Of a DNA stretch of 64,000 nucleotides, positions 28,917-38,857 are shown one piece after another. The stretch comes from Candidatus Moraniibacteriota bacterium (GTDB lineage: Bacteria > Patescibacteriota > Minisyncoccia > Moranbacterales > UBA2206). The position numbers were made by a program, and so were the translations under genes. The DNA is taken from assembly GCA_037137555.1 (NCBI GenBank), contig JBAXKA010000001.1, positions 1,874 through 65,873 of the forward strand, given 5' to 3'. Every line of letters starts with the position of its first letter. Position 1 is the stretch's first letter. A model generated the notes under the pieces. It was not told where the DNA came from, made no database searches, and saw nothing but the letters and a program-made list of their open reading frames with translations.

Positions 28917-29916
28917 AATCATTTACTGCAAGACTGATAGCTGTCGCAACGGGAATGGCCAAGATCGATCCCATCACGCCACCCAAACGAAGTCCCACCA
29001 AAAGAGCAATAATTGTTGTAACAGGATTTAGTCCGACGGCTTTTTTCATCACCTGAGGAACAATTAAATTATTTTCTAGCTGTTGTGCAATTAAATAAAC
29101 TAATAATGCCAAAAATCCGGTTGTAGGAGAAATTAAAAATCCCAAAATAACACCAGGCACCGCGGAAATTATTGGTCCGATATAGGGAACGATTTCCATT
29201 ACTCCGGCAAAAATTGCCAAAATTAAAGCATACGGAACGCCAACCAAATAAAGTCCAATTGCATCAAGCACGAAAATCATTAACATTAAAAATAGTTGTC
29301 CGAGCATCCACTTGCCAATTTTTTCCTTAATTCGCGTAGTCAAGTCCGCTGCATAAACTTTATATTTATCTGGCGTAACAGAAACAATAAATTTTTTAAT
29401 GCCACTTTCTTCTACTGTCATATAAAAGGCTAAAGAAAAAACCACTACGATAGAAATAAAACCAGAAAAAACACTGGCTGTTTTGGAAAAAATACTTCCT
29501 GATAGGCTTGTTATTGACCCAGTAAAGTTATCTGCCAATTGTTGTAAGTCGAGATTGATATTTTTACTCACAAAAAAATCTTTCAAATGTGCAAATGAAG
29601 CTTCGCCTGTTTGAAAATATCTAGGAAAATTCTGAGAAAAATCTTGAAACTGGGCAATCATTGGTGGAAAAAGAAATGAAATAGCCAGGCCAATTGCTAA
29701 AAATAATAATAAAAATAATCCCAACACACCAACTGTTCGGGGAATTTTTTTTGTTTGTAACCAATCAACTAGCGGATCCATCGCTGAAGTAATAATCACA
29801 GCGATAACTACCAAGGCAATCACATCTAACACGAGATACAAAAACCAGATTGCCAGAAGAACAAAAATAGTTCTGAAAACTATGCCAGTGGAAATTTCGA
29901 TTTCATTTTTTTGCAT
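28894..29916 (-). CDS. AI-2E family transporter (PerM/YhhT-like permease)
   Basis: Eight TM helices with a central hydrophilic loop. MEIVPYIGPIISAVPG motif region. Confidence 0.7.
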   Translation of the reverse strand: MQKNEIEISTGIVFRTIFVLLAIWFLYLVLDVIALVVIAVIITSAMDPLVDWLQTKKIPRTVGVLGLFLLLFLAIGLAISFLFPPMIAQFQDFSQNFPRYFQTGEASFAHLKDFFVSKNINLDLQQLADNFTGSITSLSGSIFSKTASVFSGFISIVVVFSLAFYMTVEESGIKKFIVSVTPDKYKVYAADLTTRIKEKIGKWMLGQLFLMLMIFVLDAIGLYLVGVPYALILAIFAGVMEIVPYIGPIISAVPGVILGFLISPTTGFLALLVYLIAQQLENNLIVPQVMKKAVGLNPVTTIIALLVGLRLGGVMGSILAIPVATAISLAVNDFIEKRKA

Positions 29917-29935
29917 ATATTTTATTATTAAATGC

Positions 29936-31204
29936 TTAGATACTCAATAATTTTTGTAACTTATCGCTATTTTTATGCGGACCAATAATAGCTAAATTTA
30001 ATTTTTTGTTTTGAAAAATATCTTTGGCAACTACTAGAATATCCTCAATTTTCACTTGATCAATTCGTGCAAAAATTTCCGCTCTTTTTAAGATTTCTTT
30101 TCGTGCCAATTCTTGACCGATAAAAAACATCGCTACTTCGTCTGAGGCTTCCATGCCCATCACCATTTTGCCTTTAATATAATTCTTAGCTTTTTGCAAT
30201 TCTTTTTCTGTCACTTTTTCCGTGGCCATTTTCTGATATTCAGCCAGAATAGTTTTCAAAGCCAGTGCCAGATTTTTATGTTCCACTCCAGCTTGTGTAG
30301 CGAGATAACCACATTCTTCAAATGATTCCGTGTTTGTTCTGACATAATAGGCCAAGCCTCTTTTTTCTCGCACTTCCATAAATAATCGACTGGACATATT
30401 ACCACCTAAAATAATAGAAAGCAAGGAAAGTGCAAAACGCTTTTCGCTATATAAATCATACGCTCGCACTCCAAGCACAAGTTGCGTTTGATCGGTTTTT
30501 TTAAATTTAATTTTTAGGGCCGGCGTTTTTTGTTTTTCCACGACTTTTTTAATTTCTGGTTTTTTGCCGTCTGACATTTCCTGAAAATATTTTTTAACTT
30601 GCTCAACGATTTTTTTTTCGTCAAACTTCCCTGCCACACAAATTACTGTGTCATTTGCCAAATAAAACCGCTTGAGATATTTCAAAAAATCTGCCCGCTT
30701 AAAATTGTTAATTGTTTTTTTATAACCAATAATATCTCTCCCCAAATTATTTTCCGGATAAAGCAAGTTTTCAAAAACATCACCCACACTACGCATCGGC
30801 ATATCTTCATACATATTCAATTCTTGAATAATTGTTCCTCGTTCTTTTTCTACTTCTGTTTCTTCGATTTTAGAATGCAAATACATATCCGCCACCACAT
30901 CCAGTGCCACATTAATATGATTAGCATCGACTTTTACATAATAACCAGTTGAATCCTTGGAAGTAAACGCATTAAACTCTCCACCAATCGCATCAAGTTC
31001 TTCAGAAATAGCCAAAGCTGTTGGTCGTTTTTCCGTGCCCTTAAAAAACATATGTTCAATAAAATGTGAAAGTCCCGCCTCTTTTTCATTTTCATAGCGA
31101 CTACCAACACCAACCATTGCCACCACCGTTACTGTTTGCGTTTCAGCCATTGGCACTGTGATAATTCGCAGACCATTTTTTAGTTCTAGTTTTTTGTAAT
31201 TCAT
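29936..31204 (-). CDS. M16-family (pitrilysin/insulinase-like) zinc peptidase
   Basis: Inverted zincin motif HFIEHMFFKGT (HxxEH), about 420 aa. Confidence 0.8.
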   Translation of the reverse strand: MNYKKLELKNGLRIITVPMAETQTVTVVAMVGVGSRYENEKEAGLSHFIEHMFFKGTEKRPTALAISEELDAIGGEFNAFTSKDSTGYYVKVDANHINVALDVVADMYLHSKIEETEVEKERGTIIQELNMYEDMPMRSVGDVFENLLYPENNLGRDIIGYKKTINNFKRADFLKYLKRFYLANDTVICVAGKFDEKKIVEQVKKYFQEMSDGKKPEIKKVVEKQKTPALKIKFKKTDQTQLVLGVRAYDLYSEKRFALSLLSIILGGNMSSRLFMEVREKRGLAYYVRTNTESFEECGYLATQAGVEHKNLALALKTILAEYQKMATEKVTEKELQKAKNYIKGKMVMGMEASDEVAMFFIGQELARKEILKRAEIFARIDQVKIEDILVVAKDIFQNKKLNLAIIGPHKNSDKLQKLLSI

Positions 31205-31263
31205 AAGCTGTAATTTTTTTATAATTAAATTTTTTCAATAAACTATTTCATGTATCCGCAAAA

Positions 31264-32034
31264 TTATGCCAAAATCGTATTTATAATTTGCAAAATATCA
31301 TGTTTATGATTAACAGACAAGGTGCCAAACATTTTTAGCATTTCTAAAAAAACCTTGATATTGTTTTTTGTTATTTCAAAATGGGCGATTTCTTTTGTTT
31401 TGGCAGTTCGTCCAATTAAATTGATTTCCGTTTTTAGCTCTGTAATGGGAAAACATAAATATAACATCGGTTGCGTGCCGACTGCATATTGTTTTTCAGT
31501 AATTTTTATCTCGGTAACTATTTCATATCCATTGAATTTGTGAATTAAAAGAGGATATTTGACCTGAGTATACTCAAAATCAAATCCATTTATATTTCTT
31601 GCTACTGGATGACTACGATCAATTTGCAATTCAGAATTATTATCAATTAAATCATTGTTTTGTATCGAATTAAGATAATTAATAACATTCTCTAGATCTT
31701 TTCTAGATATAATACCCCACTTAAAAAAATACCAAATGTATTCCGATAATTCATAAAGTGCTTTAATCTTTCCATTTGCTCCAATAAATTCCGTGTCTGG
31801 CAATGATGATTCTGCAAGCTTTTCAACTTCCTTTTTAACAACATCATAACCGATTTGCCATTCGACATAATTACTCAAAACAAACCCATCGCGTCTAGTT
31901 GCAACTGGCGTTCCATACTCATTTAAAATTGAACGATTTTTAACGCGAATTTTCCCACTAACAGTAGTTAATAAAATTGGCACTTCAATCTTATGTTCTT
32001 GTTCTTTAATTAAAATTTTTGGCATATTTTTCAC
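31264..32034 (-). CDS. hypothetical protein; candidate restriction endonuclease partner of the upstream methyltransferase
   Basis: No recognisable family. Overlaps the 3' end of the methyltransferase gene by 29 bp on the same strand. PD...E-like residues around PDTEF...YELSEY are weak. Position only. Confidence 0.3.
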   Translation of the reverse strand: MKNMPKILIKEQEHKIEVPILLTTVSGKIRVKNRSILNEYGTPVATRRDGFVLSNYVEWQIGYDVVKKEVEKLAESSLPDTEFIGANGKIKALYELSEYIWYFFKWGIISRKDLENVINYLNSIQNNDLIDNNSELQIDRSHPVARNINGFDFEYTQVKYPLLIHKFNGYEIVTEIKITEKQYAVGTQPMLYLCFPITELKTEINLIGRTAKTKEIAHFEITKNNIKVFLEMLKMFGTLSVNHKHDILQIINTILA

Positions 32035-33172
32035 CTAATTTACTTCCTAATAATTCCCTAAAATAATTATCTATTTTTAGCTTAGCATTAGGAATTTCTC
32101 TAAATTTAAATTTATTTTTTAAAACTGGATTTGTGTGAACACTCTGTGCAATAAAACATTCCTTTATATCATTGAATTTTTCATTATCAATTATTATATC
32201 ACAATTTCCAATAAAATATGGCATTTTATCTGCGTATTGCTTAAAGATATCAATATAACAATAATAGGGAAGTTTTTCCATTAATATATAAACTGTATTA
32301 TAAGTATCAGAATCAATAAAAGTGCGATTGCGCTTAAGTGCGTTTATATCTCTCAATGTCCAAAATTTTGCGACTGGTTTATCGTTTTTATTTAAGTATT
32401 TTTTGTTCGGATATTTTTGAACATAATTAACTATGGTATCAAAATCTTTTAATCGAAAAATACCATCATCTTTTATTTTAAATTTATAATTTTGAATATA
32501 ATCATATGTCATTCCGTCCTGATCCTTTTTATAGAAAGCTACCAAGATAGGAAAGGCCATGCCTCGAGAGGTGCTGGAAAACTCATGACTACTTATAATC
32601 ATTCCGTCAATCAATTTATAATTTCTAGAAAATTTTGAAAGTAACGAAAAATTCGCTTTTTTAATAAGATATGACAACGGATGCAAAACACAAACATAAT
32701 CCGCTCGAAGCTTATTATAAGACAGTAAAAATGACATTCCCAAATCGCGAGTCTTTATATCAAAATCAGTTTTATCTTGAAGTGAACCATCTTTTATGGA
32801 ATTACGGATTATAGACATAGTATCATTGTATGGCGGATTACCAATAACTATAAGTTTTTCATCATTTTCAATTGTTAGATTTTTACGGCAAACATTCAAG
32901 AGTGAATTTTGGCAAATATAATCGATAGTATCAATTGTTTTCTTCGCTTCAAAAATAGCATCTTGATCTATATCTGCACCAACCAATCTTTTTGCAATAT
33001 TTTTTTTTACCAAAAATGAACCATACCCGCAAGACGAATCTAGAATTGTAAAATCTTTTATATCCTTAATATTCTTTTGCAAAATAAGATAGGCCAAATC
33101 AACGATAGTCTCTGGCGTATAATAAGAGCCAAGATTGACAGTGTCTATATGATTTAAATGTTTTTGATCCAT
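32006..33172 (-). CDS. N6-adenine DNA methyltransferase, gamma class (Eco57I/TaqI-like order X-I-IV)
   Basis: Motif X YYTP, motif I LDSSCGYGSFL, motif IV IVIGNPPYN, followed by a long target-recognition region. Confidence 0.7.
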   Translation of the reverse strand: MDQKHLNHIDTVNLGSYYTPETIVDLAYLILQKNIKDIKDFTILDSSCGYGSFLVKKNIAKRLVGADIDQDAIFEAKKTIDTIDYICQNSLLNVCRKNLTIENDEKLIVIGNPPYNDTMSIIRNSIKDGSLQDKTDFDIKTRDLGMSFLLSYNKLRADYVCVLHPLSYLIKKANFSLLSKFSRNYKLIDGMIISSHEFSSTSRGMAFPILVAFYKKDQDGMTYDYIQNYKFKIKDDGIFRLKDFDTIVNYVQKYPNKKYLNKNDKPVAKFWTLRDINALKRNRTFIDSDTYNTVYILMEKLPYYCYIDIFKQYADKMPYFIGNCDIIIDNEKFNDIKECFIAQSVHTNPVLKNKFKFREIPNAKLKIDNYFRELLGSKLGEKYAKNFN

Positions 33173-33183
33173 ACTTATAATTT

Positions 33184-34200
33184 TTATTTATTTTTATTCC
33201 GACTATACCGAATCAATCCGGCAAACGGAATTATTTCTAAACCTTTTTTTTCCAGCTCATCCAAAAATAAATTCATGCCGATTGAATCTGATGAAATGTG
33301 TCCGGCAATCACTACATTGATGTGTGCCGCTTCTGCTGCTTTTCTGTGATCTTCACTTTGATGCATGCCAATAATCGTTCCCACTCCAGCATTCGCCATG
33401 GCTTGATAAATTTCCTTTGAACCTTCCGTGCCTCCAGTAATTTCTGAAGCGACAATTTTTCCAGCCCGATTTTTTTTATCTCCGGAAAAAAGCACCGGTC
33501 CCGCTCCTTGCTTTTTAGCTTCTTGATATTCCGGCACTCGTTCCAGAATTTCCAAAACTTCTCCCACATAACGGGGATTTTCTTTTGCAATTTGTTTTGT
33601 GATAAACTGGGCCACTAAATTATCCGCTGGTGTATGAATATTGATTAAATTTATTTTCAAAAGTCGTGCCGCATCTACCGTCACAAAATGATTAACCGGA
33701 TTTAAGCCCCGTGCCACTTCCGAAATTCTTTTGTGAATCATTTTTTCAGCAATATTAACTGGCACGCCAATTTTTTCCATCAAATCAATTTGCAAATCCA
33801 TCACCGCATCCAGACCAGAAAGTGCCAAGCCCACTGGATGATGATTGATTACCAAATCCACACCAAGCTCTCGTGCCAAAATTAAACCGCCGACAGAGAT
33901 GTCGATGCCCGCCAAGATTTTCTTGATTTTTTTTGCACCGTTGTCATTATGAATCCGCGAATCAGCATACGGATTAGTTAGCCTCTCTTTGTCAAAATAT
34001 TTTTGTTCTTCTTTTGGAAGTTTATTATATTCTGTTTTTTTATGTGCCAAATAATCTTCAATTTCTTTTTTAGTACGAAAATCATTTTTAATTCCCAGCT
34101 CAATGGCTAAATTATAGATTTCTTGGATTAGCATAATATTTTTTATAAAATTTAACTTCAGCTTAATAGAAATTCTAACATAAACCAAAGAACAAAGCAA
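33184..34200 (-). CDS. Nif3-family dinuclear metal centre protein (GTP cyclohydrolase 1 type 2 homologue)
   Basis: LVINHHPVGL and VVIAGHISSDSIGMN motifs with an inserted PII-like middle domain. Confidence 0.6.
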   Translation of the reverse strand: MLCSLVYVRISIKLKLNFIKNIMLIQEIYNLAIELGIKNDFRTKKEIEDYLAHKKTEYNKLPKEEQKYFDKERLTNPYADSRIHNDNGAKKIKKILAGIDISVGGLILARELGVDLVINHHPVGLALSGLDAVMDLQIDLMEKIGVPVNIAEKMIHKRISEVARGLNPVNHFVTVDAARLLKINLINIHTPADNLVAQFITKQIAKENPRYVGEVLEILERVPEYQEAKKQGAGPVLFSGDKKNRAGKIVASEITGGTEGSKEIYQAMANAGVGTIIGMHQSEDHRKAAEAAHINVVIAGHISSDSIGMNLFLDELEKKGLEIIPFAGLIRYSRNKNK

Positions 34201-34204
34201 AATT

Positions 34205-34243
34205 AAAAAAGAGCAGGCAATCAGCCCACTCTTTTTTGTTTTT
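34205..34243 (-). terminator. terminator-like A-run/hairpin/T-run after HepT-1
   Basis: AAAAAAGAG...CTCTTTTTT inverted arms. The same architecture recurs at 37993-38030. Confidence 0.4.
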
Positions 34244-34675
34244 TTATTTTTTAGTTACAAATTCTAAAATATAATGGCAATACTGATTATAGTCACGGAG
34301 ACAATCGCCGATTGAATGATACACTTTTTCTTTATCCACATTATCATATTCATGAACTAACACATTTCTCGTTCCCGCACTTTTGGCAATTTCTTTGGCA
34401 AAATCATAAGGATAAACTTTTAATTCAGCTAAGATTAAAAAAGTCTCCGTATAGGCCAATGGAGTTCTGGATGTCTTTTCTGCCAATTCATAAACAATGT
34501 GCTGATTAATATCAATCGCACGATTAACTATTCTTTCTAGAAATCTCTCGACTGCCGCCAATTTCACTGGGTCACTAGCCACTTCATCAAATGAATATCT
34601 GGCAAACGGCAATAGATTTTGCAATTCGTCTTCAATTAGTGTTATTTTTCTTTGAATAAAAGTTTTATTTATCAT
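34244..34675 (-). CDS. hepT: HepT-like HEPN toxin (DUF86), pair 1
   Basis: HEPN Rx4HxY motif RNVLVHEY. Start overlaps or abuts the MntA gene. Confidence 0.75.
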   Translation of the reverse strand: MINKTFIQRKITLIEDELQNLLPFARYSFDEVASDPVKLAAVERFLERIVNRAIDINQHIVYELAEKTSRTPLAYTETFLILAELKVYPYDFAKEIAKSAGTRNVLVHEYDNVDKEKVYHSIGDCLRDYNQYCHYILEFVTKK

Positions 34676-34681
34676 AATGAG

Positions 34682-35110
34682 TTAGGCTTGAAGTGCTTGA
34701 TTTATTATCATATATTTCCTTTGAGACATTTTCGCTTCAAAATCAAAAAGTGGTTTCGCATCAACAAAATAGCGATAGGATCGCGCACGCAATTCATCAA
34801 ATTCATTGCGCTCGCCATAAAGCATTTTTCCTTGGAATAAGACCTCGTACGCCAATAATGGATTGGCCTTGTTCAAATTCGTCAAATCAATTAAGCCATC
34901 TGAAACATTCAATACGCGAGATAAAAAAGATAACACGGCACTATAGTTATCCATGCTTTCCCCAATATTTTTCTCTTCTGAAGTTAAGATAGCAATATCA
35001 TAATCACTATTTTCTTGCGCTTTTCCGCTGGCACGCGAACCAAAAAGAATGACCATTTTTATGCCCAATTCTGATGCCTCTTTCTTAAATTTTTTATTAT
35101 CAATTTCCAT
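34682..35110 (-). CDS. mntA: MntA-like minimal nucleotidyltransferase antitoxin, pair 1
   Basis: GSxxxG...DxD motif LFGSRASGKAQENSDYDIAI. Start set at MEIDNKK (35110). The longer ORF begins in the 5' UTR. Confidence 0.75.
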   Translation of the reverse strand: MEIDNKKFKKEASELGIKMVILFGSRASGKAQENSDYDIAILTSEEKNIGESMDNYSAVLSFLSRVLNVSDGLIDLTNLNKANPLLAYEVLFQGKMLYGERNEFDELRARSYRYFVDAKPLFDFEAKMSQRKYMIINQALQA

Positions 35111-35225
35111 ATTTCCAATATACCATATATCCAAAAAAAACACAAAAACAAAAAAGAGCAAGCAAATCACCCAATCTTCTTGTTTTATTTTTCTTCTTTG
35201 ATTGTCGGTGGTGCATTACCAATCA

Positions 35226-36365
35226 TTAAGCCACAAAATCATGATAATTATCGCGATTTATTATCGTAAATTCTGATTGCGGATAGCTCTCCATAAATTT
35301 CTTCGGATAAGGCGCATGTGTTTTTTTCCACTTGAATTCATAGGCATGATATTTTCCACCACTATCTTCGATATAATCAATCTCACTACCAGTATAGGCT
35401 CGCCAAAAATAACTCGTCGCTATTACTTCTTGATATTTTATTTTCTTCATCCTTTCGACTACTAATAAATTCTCAAACAGTGCGCCTTGATCATTGCGAT
35501 CATTCATTGCATTAAGGTTATCAATGAGAATATTTCTAATACCAAGATCATAAAAATATATTTTATCCTTTTTGGTGATTTCTTTGCGTGGATTTTTTGA
35601 CAAGGCTGACAGGCGAAAAATAACAAAAGACTTTTCCAATAAATCAACATACCTGTTCACCGTCTCACTGCTCAGCTCCAGACTATCGGCCAATTCATTA
35701 ATAGAAACTTCCTGTCCGATCTGAAAGGCCAGCAACTTCAGCAATTTATATATTTTATCAGATTTCTTAATCGATTCCAGTTCCAAAATATCCTTATAGA
35801 GATACGAGGTAGCAATTTCTTCTAAAAGTTTCTTTTTATTTTTCAAATTCTCCATAGTGAAAACTTCCGGATATGCTCCATGAATTAAAAAATTATCGAG
35901 ATAGCCACCGAGTTCAAATTCATTATGATAACTGGATAATTCCAAAAATGATAATGGATAGAGAGTATATGTCCAAACTCTGCCAGTTAGTGGTTCTTTT
36001 ATTTTATTTGCCAATTCAAAGGAAGATGAGCCAGTCACAATTATTTTCAAATCCTTCATTCCATCAGCCAAAATTTTCAAATTAATTCCAATATTTTCAA
36101 TCCTTTGCGCCTCATCAATAAATAACAATTCGTAACCGCTTACAAGTGATTTCAGTCTAGAAAGATCACGACTACTCAACACATCGTGGTATTTTTTCTC
36201 ATCAGCATTGATTTTTAGGGTTTTCAAATTAAGCCTGCTAATTATTTGATTCACTAGCGTCGTTTTTCCCACCTGCCTGGCGCCATAAACAATCACAATT
36301 TTATTGCTTTGAGTTAATTTGCCTATTATTGGCTCCAAAATGGCTCTTTCAATTATTTCAACCAT
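35226..36365 (-). CDS. AAA ATPase (AAA_14/DUF4143-like), copy 2 of 3
   Basis: Walker A GARQVGKTT, Walker B LLFIDEAQ. Confidence 0.75.
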   Translation of the reverse strand: MVEIIERAILEPIIGKLTQSNKIVIVYGARQVGKTTLVNQIISRLNLKTLKINADEKKYHDVLSSRDLSRLKSLVSGYELLFIDEAQRIENIGINLKILADGMKDLKIIVTGSSSFELANKIKEPLTGRVWTYTLYPLSFLELSSYHNEFELGGYLDNFLIHGAYPEVFTMENLKNKKKLLEEIATSYLYKDILELESIKKSDKIYKLLKLLAFQIGQEVSINELADSLELSSETVNRYVDLLEKSFVIFRLSALSKNPRKEITKKDKIYFYDLGIRNILIDNLNAMNDRNDQGALFENLLVVERMKKIKYQEVIATSYFWRAYTGSEIDYIEDSGGKYHAYEFKWKKTHAPYPKKFMESYPQSEFTIINRDNYHDFVA

Positions 36366-36416
36366 AAATATTAGCGTTAATTTTTAAGGCTAATATTAAA
36401 TATTAGCGTTAATATG

Positions 36417-36445
36417 ATTATATTACCTAACCGCTTTTCTGTCAA
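36417..36445 (-). promoter_or_regulatory. near-consensus sigma70 promoter (TTGACA, 17 nt, TATAAT) for ATPase copy 2
   Basis: Minus strand reads TTGACAGAAAAGCGGTTAGGTAATATAAT. Downstream in the 5' UTR there are two direct AATATTAGCGTTAAT copies and a 17-bp palindrome CTAATATTAAATATTAG at 36366-36414. Confidence 0.6.
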
Positions 36446-36580
36446 ATTTTCGCTAAAAATGGATGAATTATAGCCTGATTTTTTAGCACAAAAAAAGAAT
36501 CCACGCCGAGGCGGGATTCTTTTTTTTATTTTTTACTGAATTTGATAAAAGGTACTTGACCCCTTTTTTCTTTATCACTT

Positions 36581-37891
36581 TTATTGCAGTAACCAACGCC
36601 AAACAGGCATAACAACGATCTCTCCACTTTCCATTCCAACTGAATCTTCCTCGCTTTCAGTTAGAATTAATGCTTTTTTCAGACCTAGCTCGCGCATAGC
36701 CGATACCGTGGCATTAATTTCTCGCTCGCGAGTTTCAAATTTTTCTAGCGATACGCAAACTTGAATTATGGCTTCTATTTTCTGTTTTTTTCTGATCAAA
36801 AAATCAACTTCGAGATTATTTTTTGTTTTATAATAATATACTTCTTCCTCTTTTTTTAATAAGTGCAAAAAAACCAAGTTTTCCAACAATTTTCCACGAT
36901 CTTCATTAAAGCTAAAACTTATAGCATTACGCAATCCCAAATCTGACGCATACACTTTGCGCGGATTAACAGCCTGCTCCTTCAAAGAATAGGCAAATTT
37001 TGGCAGGAAATAAAGCAGGAAAGGCGTTGTCAAATATTCGGAAAAACGCTCGACTGTTGAAAGGGGGATTTTTAAAAAATCCTTCACTTTATTGTAAGAC
37101 ATTAGAGCGGAGATGTTAGTCAAATAAAATTTTGTCAAAATCCTCAATTTCTCAGATTGCCTTATCTTAAACCGACTCAGCAAATCTCTGTTTATAATGT
37201 CCTCGAAATAATTGCGCAGAATCGTGTTTTTATCCTCTGCTGTTTTCAAAAAAACTGTTTTTGGCATACCGCCAAATTTCAAATATTCCCCAAATAGCTC
37301 CTTTATTTTTGCCTTTTGCCTTACAATACTAAGTTGATCAGAAATTTCGATTTTATTAAAAATCAAAAATTCCGCAAAAGTCAACGGATAGATTTTTAAA
37401 GTCAGTTGCCGTCCGGTCAAAACCGTGCTCAACTCAGAATTGAGTAAATGAGAATTGCTTCCGGATACAAAAATCGACGCCACTTTTCTTTCATGTAAAC
37501 TATTCACGAATTTTTCCCAGCCAGGCACATTTTGAATTTCATCCAACAGAATGAGCGGCTTTCCTCCCGGTTTCAAATTTTGCAAATATGTTTCATATAT
37601 CTCACCCAAAAGCTCAGGGGAATATTCGCCCAAGAATCTCGCATCCTCAAAATTGACATACAAAATATCTTGAGGCAAGAATTTTTTTTCTTCCAGCATT
37701 TTTTTGGCAAACTGCAACATCAAAGTTGATTTTCCGCTTCTTCTGATTCCAATAAGCGACACTACTAAGCCAATATTAAAATATCGCTCCATTTTATCAA
37801 CATATTCCTTTCTTTCTATGCCAGTTTCGATCTTTTTTTGCCAAAAATTCCAATCATTGAGAATTTCCAACAACTTTTCATTATTTATCAT
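36581..37891 (-). CDS. AAA ATPase (AAA_14/DUF4143-like), copy 3 of 3
   Basis: Walker A GIRRSGKST, Walker B LILLDEIQ. N-terminus resembles copy 1. Confidence 0.75.
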   Translation of the reverse strand: MINNEKLLEILNDWNFWQKKIETGIERKEYVDKMERYFNIGLVVSLIGIRRSGKSTLMLQFAKKMLEEKKFLPQDILYVNFEDARFLGEYSPELLGEIYETYLQNLKPGGKPLILLDEIQNVPGWEKFVNSLHERKVASIFVSGSNSHLLNSELSTVLTGRQLTLKIYPLTFAEFLIFNKIEISDQLSIVRQKAKIKELFGEYLKFGGMPKTVFLKTAEDKNTILRNYFEDIINRDLLSRFKIRQSEKLRILTKFYLTNISALMSYNKVKDFLKIPLSTVERFSEYLTTPFLLYFLPKFAYSLKEQAVNPRKVYASDLGLRNAISFSFNEDRGKLLENLVFLHLLKKEEEVYYYKTKNNLEVDFLIRKKQKIEAIIQVCVSLEKFETREREINATVSAMRELGLKKALILTESEEDSVGMESGEIVVMPVWRWLLQ

Positions 37892-37929
37892 ATATGTGGG
37901 TTAAGATTAGTCTTTTTTAAACTATATGC

Positions 37930-37957
37930 AGTATAACAAATTCTGTGCTCTTGTCAA
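37930..37957 (-). promoter_or_regulatory. sigma70-like promoter (TTGACA, 16 nt, TATACT) for ATPase copy 3
   Basis: Shares the core TGTCAAATTTTC(C/G)CTAAAAATGG with the promoter at 36417-36445. Confidence 0.5.
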
Positions 37958-38034
37958 ATTTTCCCTAAAAATGGCTTCAATAAAGCAAACAAAAAAGAGC
38001 AAGCATTTCACTCACTCTTTTTGTTTTCTTTTTT

Positions 38035-38457
38035 TTATTTTGACTTTAAAAATTCATCAATATAGATTAAATATTCCTCAAATTGCGAAAGTCCATCCTT
38101 CAGATCTTGAATCATTTTTTTATTATCCACTTTATCATATTTATGCACGACCATATTTCTCAATTTAACTGCCTCCGCAATTTTATAGGAAAAATCGACT
38201 GGTATCACTCCCTTCTCGCCAAGAATAATAAAAGTATTGCTATATGTGTCAGGAATACCAAAATTTTCTTCCACAATGATATGTGAGTTTATATCCAGCA
38301 TAGTATCAACAATCAACTGAAAATTTCTTTCAAAAAATCTTAAGTTTTTAACATCACGCAATATATCAAAAACATCCAGATCTTTAATAGACTCAATTTC
38401 GCCAAGATAATTGACGATGGAACCCATTTTAGATCTTATTAAATCATTATTGAGCAT
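38035..38457 (-). CDS. hepT: HepT-like HEPN toxin (DUF86), pair 2
   Basis: Rx4HxY motif RNMVVHKY. Paralogue of 34244-34675. Confidence 0.75.
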   Translation of the reverse strand: MLNNDLIRSKMGSIVNYLGEIESIKDLDVFDILRDVKNLRFFERNFQLIVDTMLDINSHIIVEENFGIPDTYSNTFIILGEKGVIPVDFSYKIAEAVKLRNMVVHKYDKVDNKKMIQDLKDGLSQFEEYLIYIDEFLKSK

Positions 38458-38857
38458 AAACTTTTTTTAATTTTTTAATTTTATTGGTGATTATACTATC
38501 TCGTATTTCAAAAAGTCGTTTAGCTTCAAAATACTCTTGCATAGTATTGACAAAAAAATATTCATATTCATTTTTAGCGTCATACAAAACTTTATTATTT
38601 TTAACAATTTCGTATTGCAACAATGGTCCGACATTTTTCAAATCAACAACATCGGCTTCTTTCTTGACTAATTGAGATAACTCAATGCTTAGACTGTCTT
38701 TTTCCAAATAATCCAACCCTCTCTCGCCAATAAAACCAAAATCGAAATCACTCATCGGGTGAGTTTTTCCACTAACTTGTGAACCAAAAAGAAGCAATAG
38801 CTTTAGGCCGTATTTTTGAGCAAGTTCTTTAATTTTCTTTTCATCAATTTTTTCCAT
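38447..38857 (-). CDS. mntA: MntA-like nucleotidyltransferase antitoxin, pair 2
   Basis: LFGSQVSGKTHPMSDFDFG. Start set at MEKIDEKK (38857). The 5' UTR is nearly identical to that of pair 1. Confidence 0.75.
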   Translation of the reverse strand: MEKIDEKKIKELAQKYGLKLLLLFGSQVSGKTHPMSDFDFGFIGERGLDYLEKDSLSIELSQLVKKEADVVDLKNVGPLLQYEIVKNNKVLYDAKNEYEYFFVNTMQEYFEAKRLFEIRDSIITNKIKKLKKVYAQ

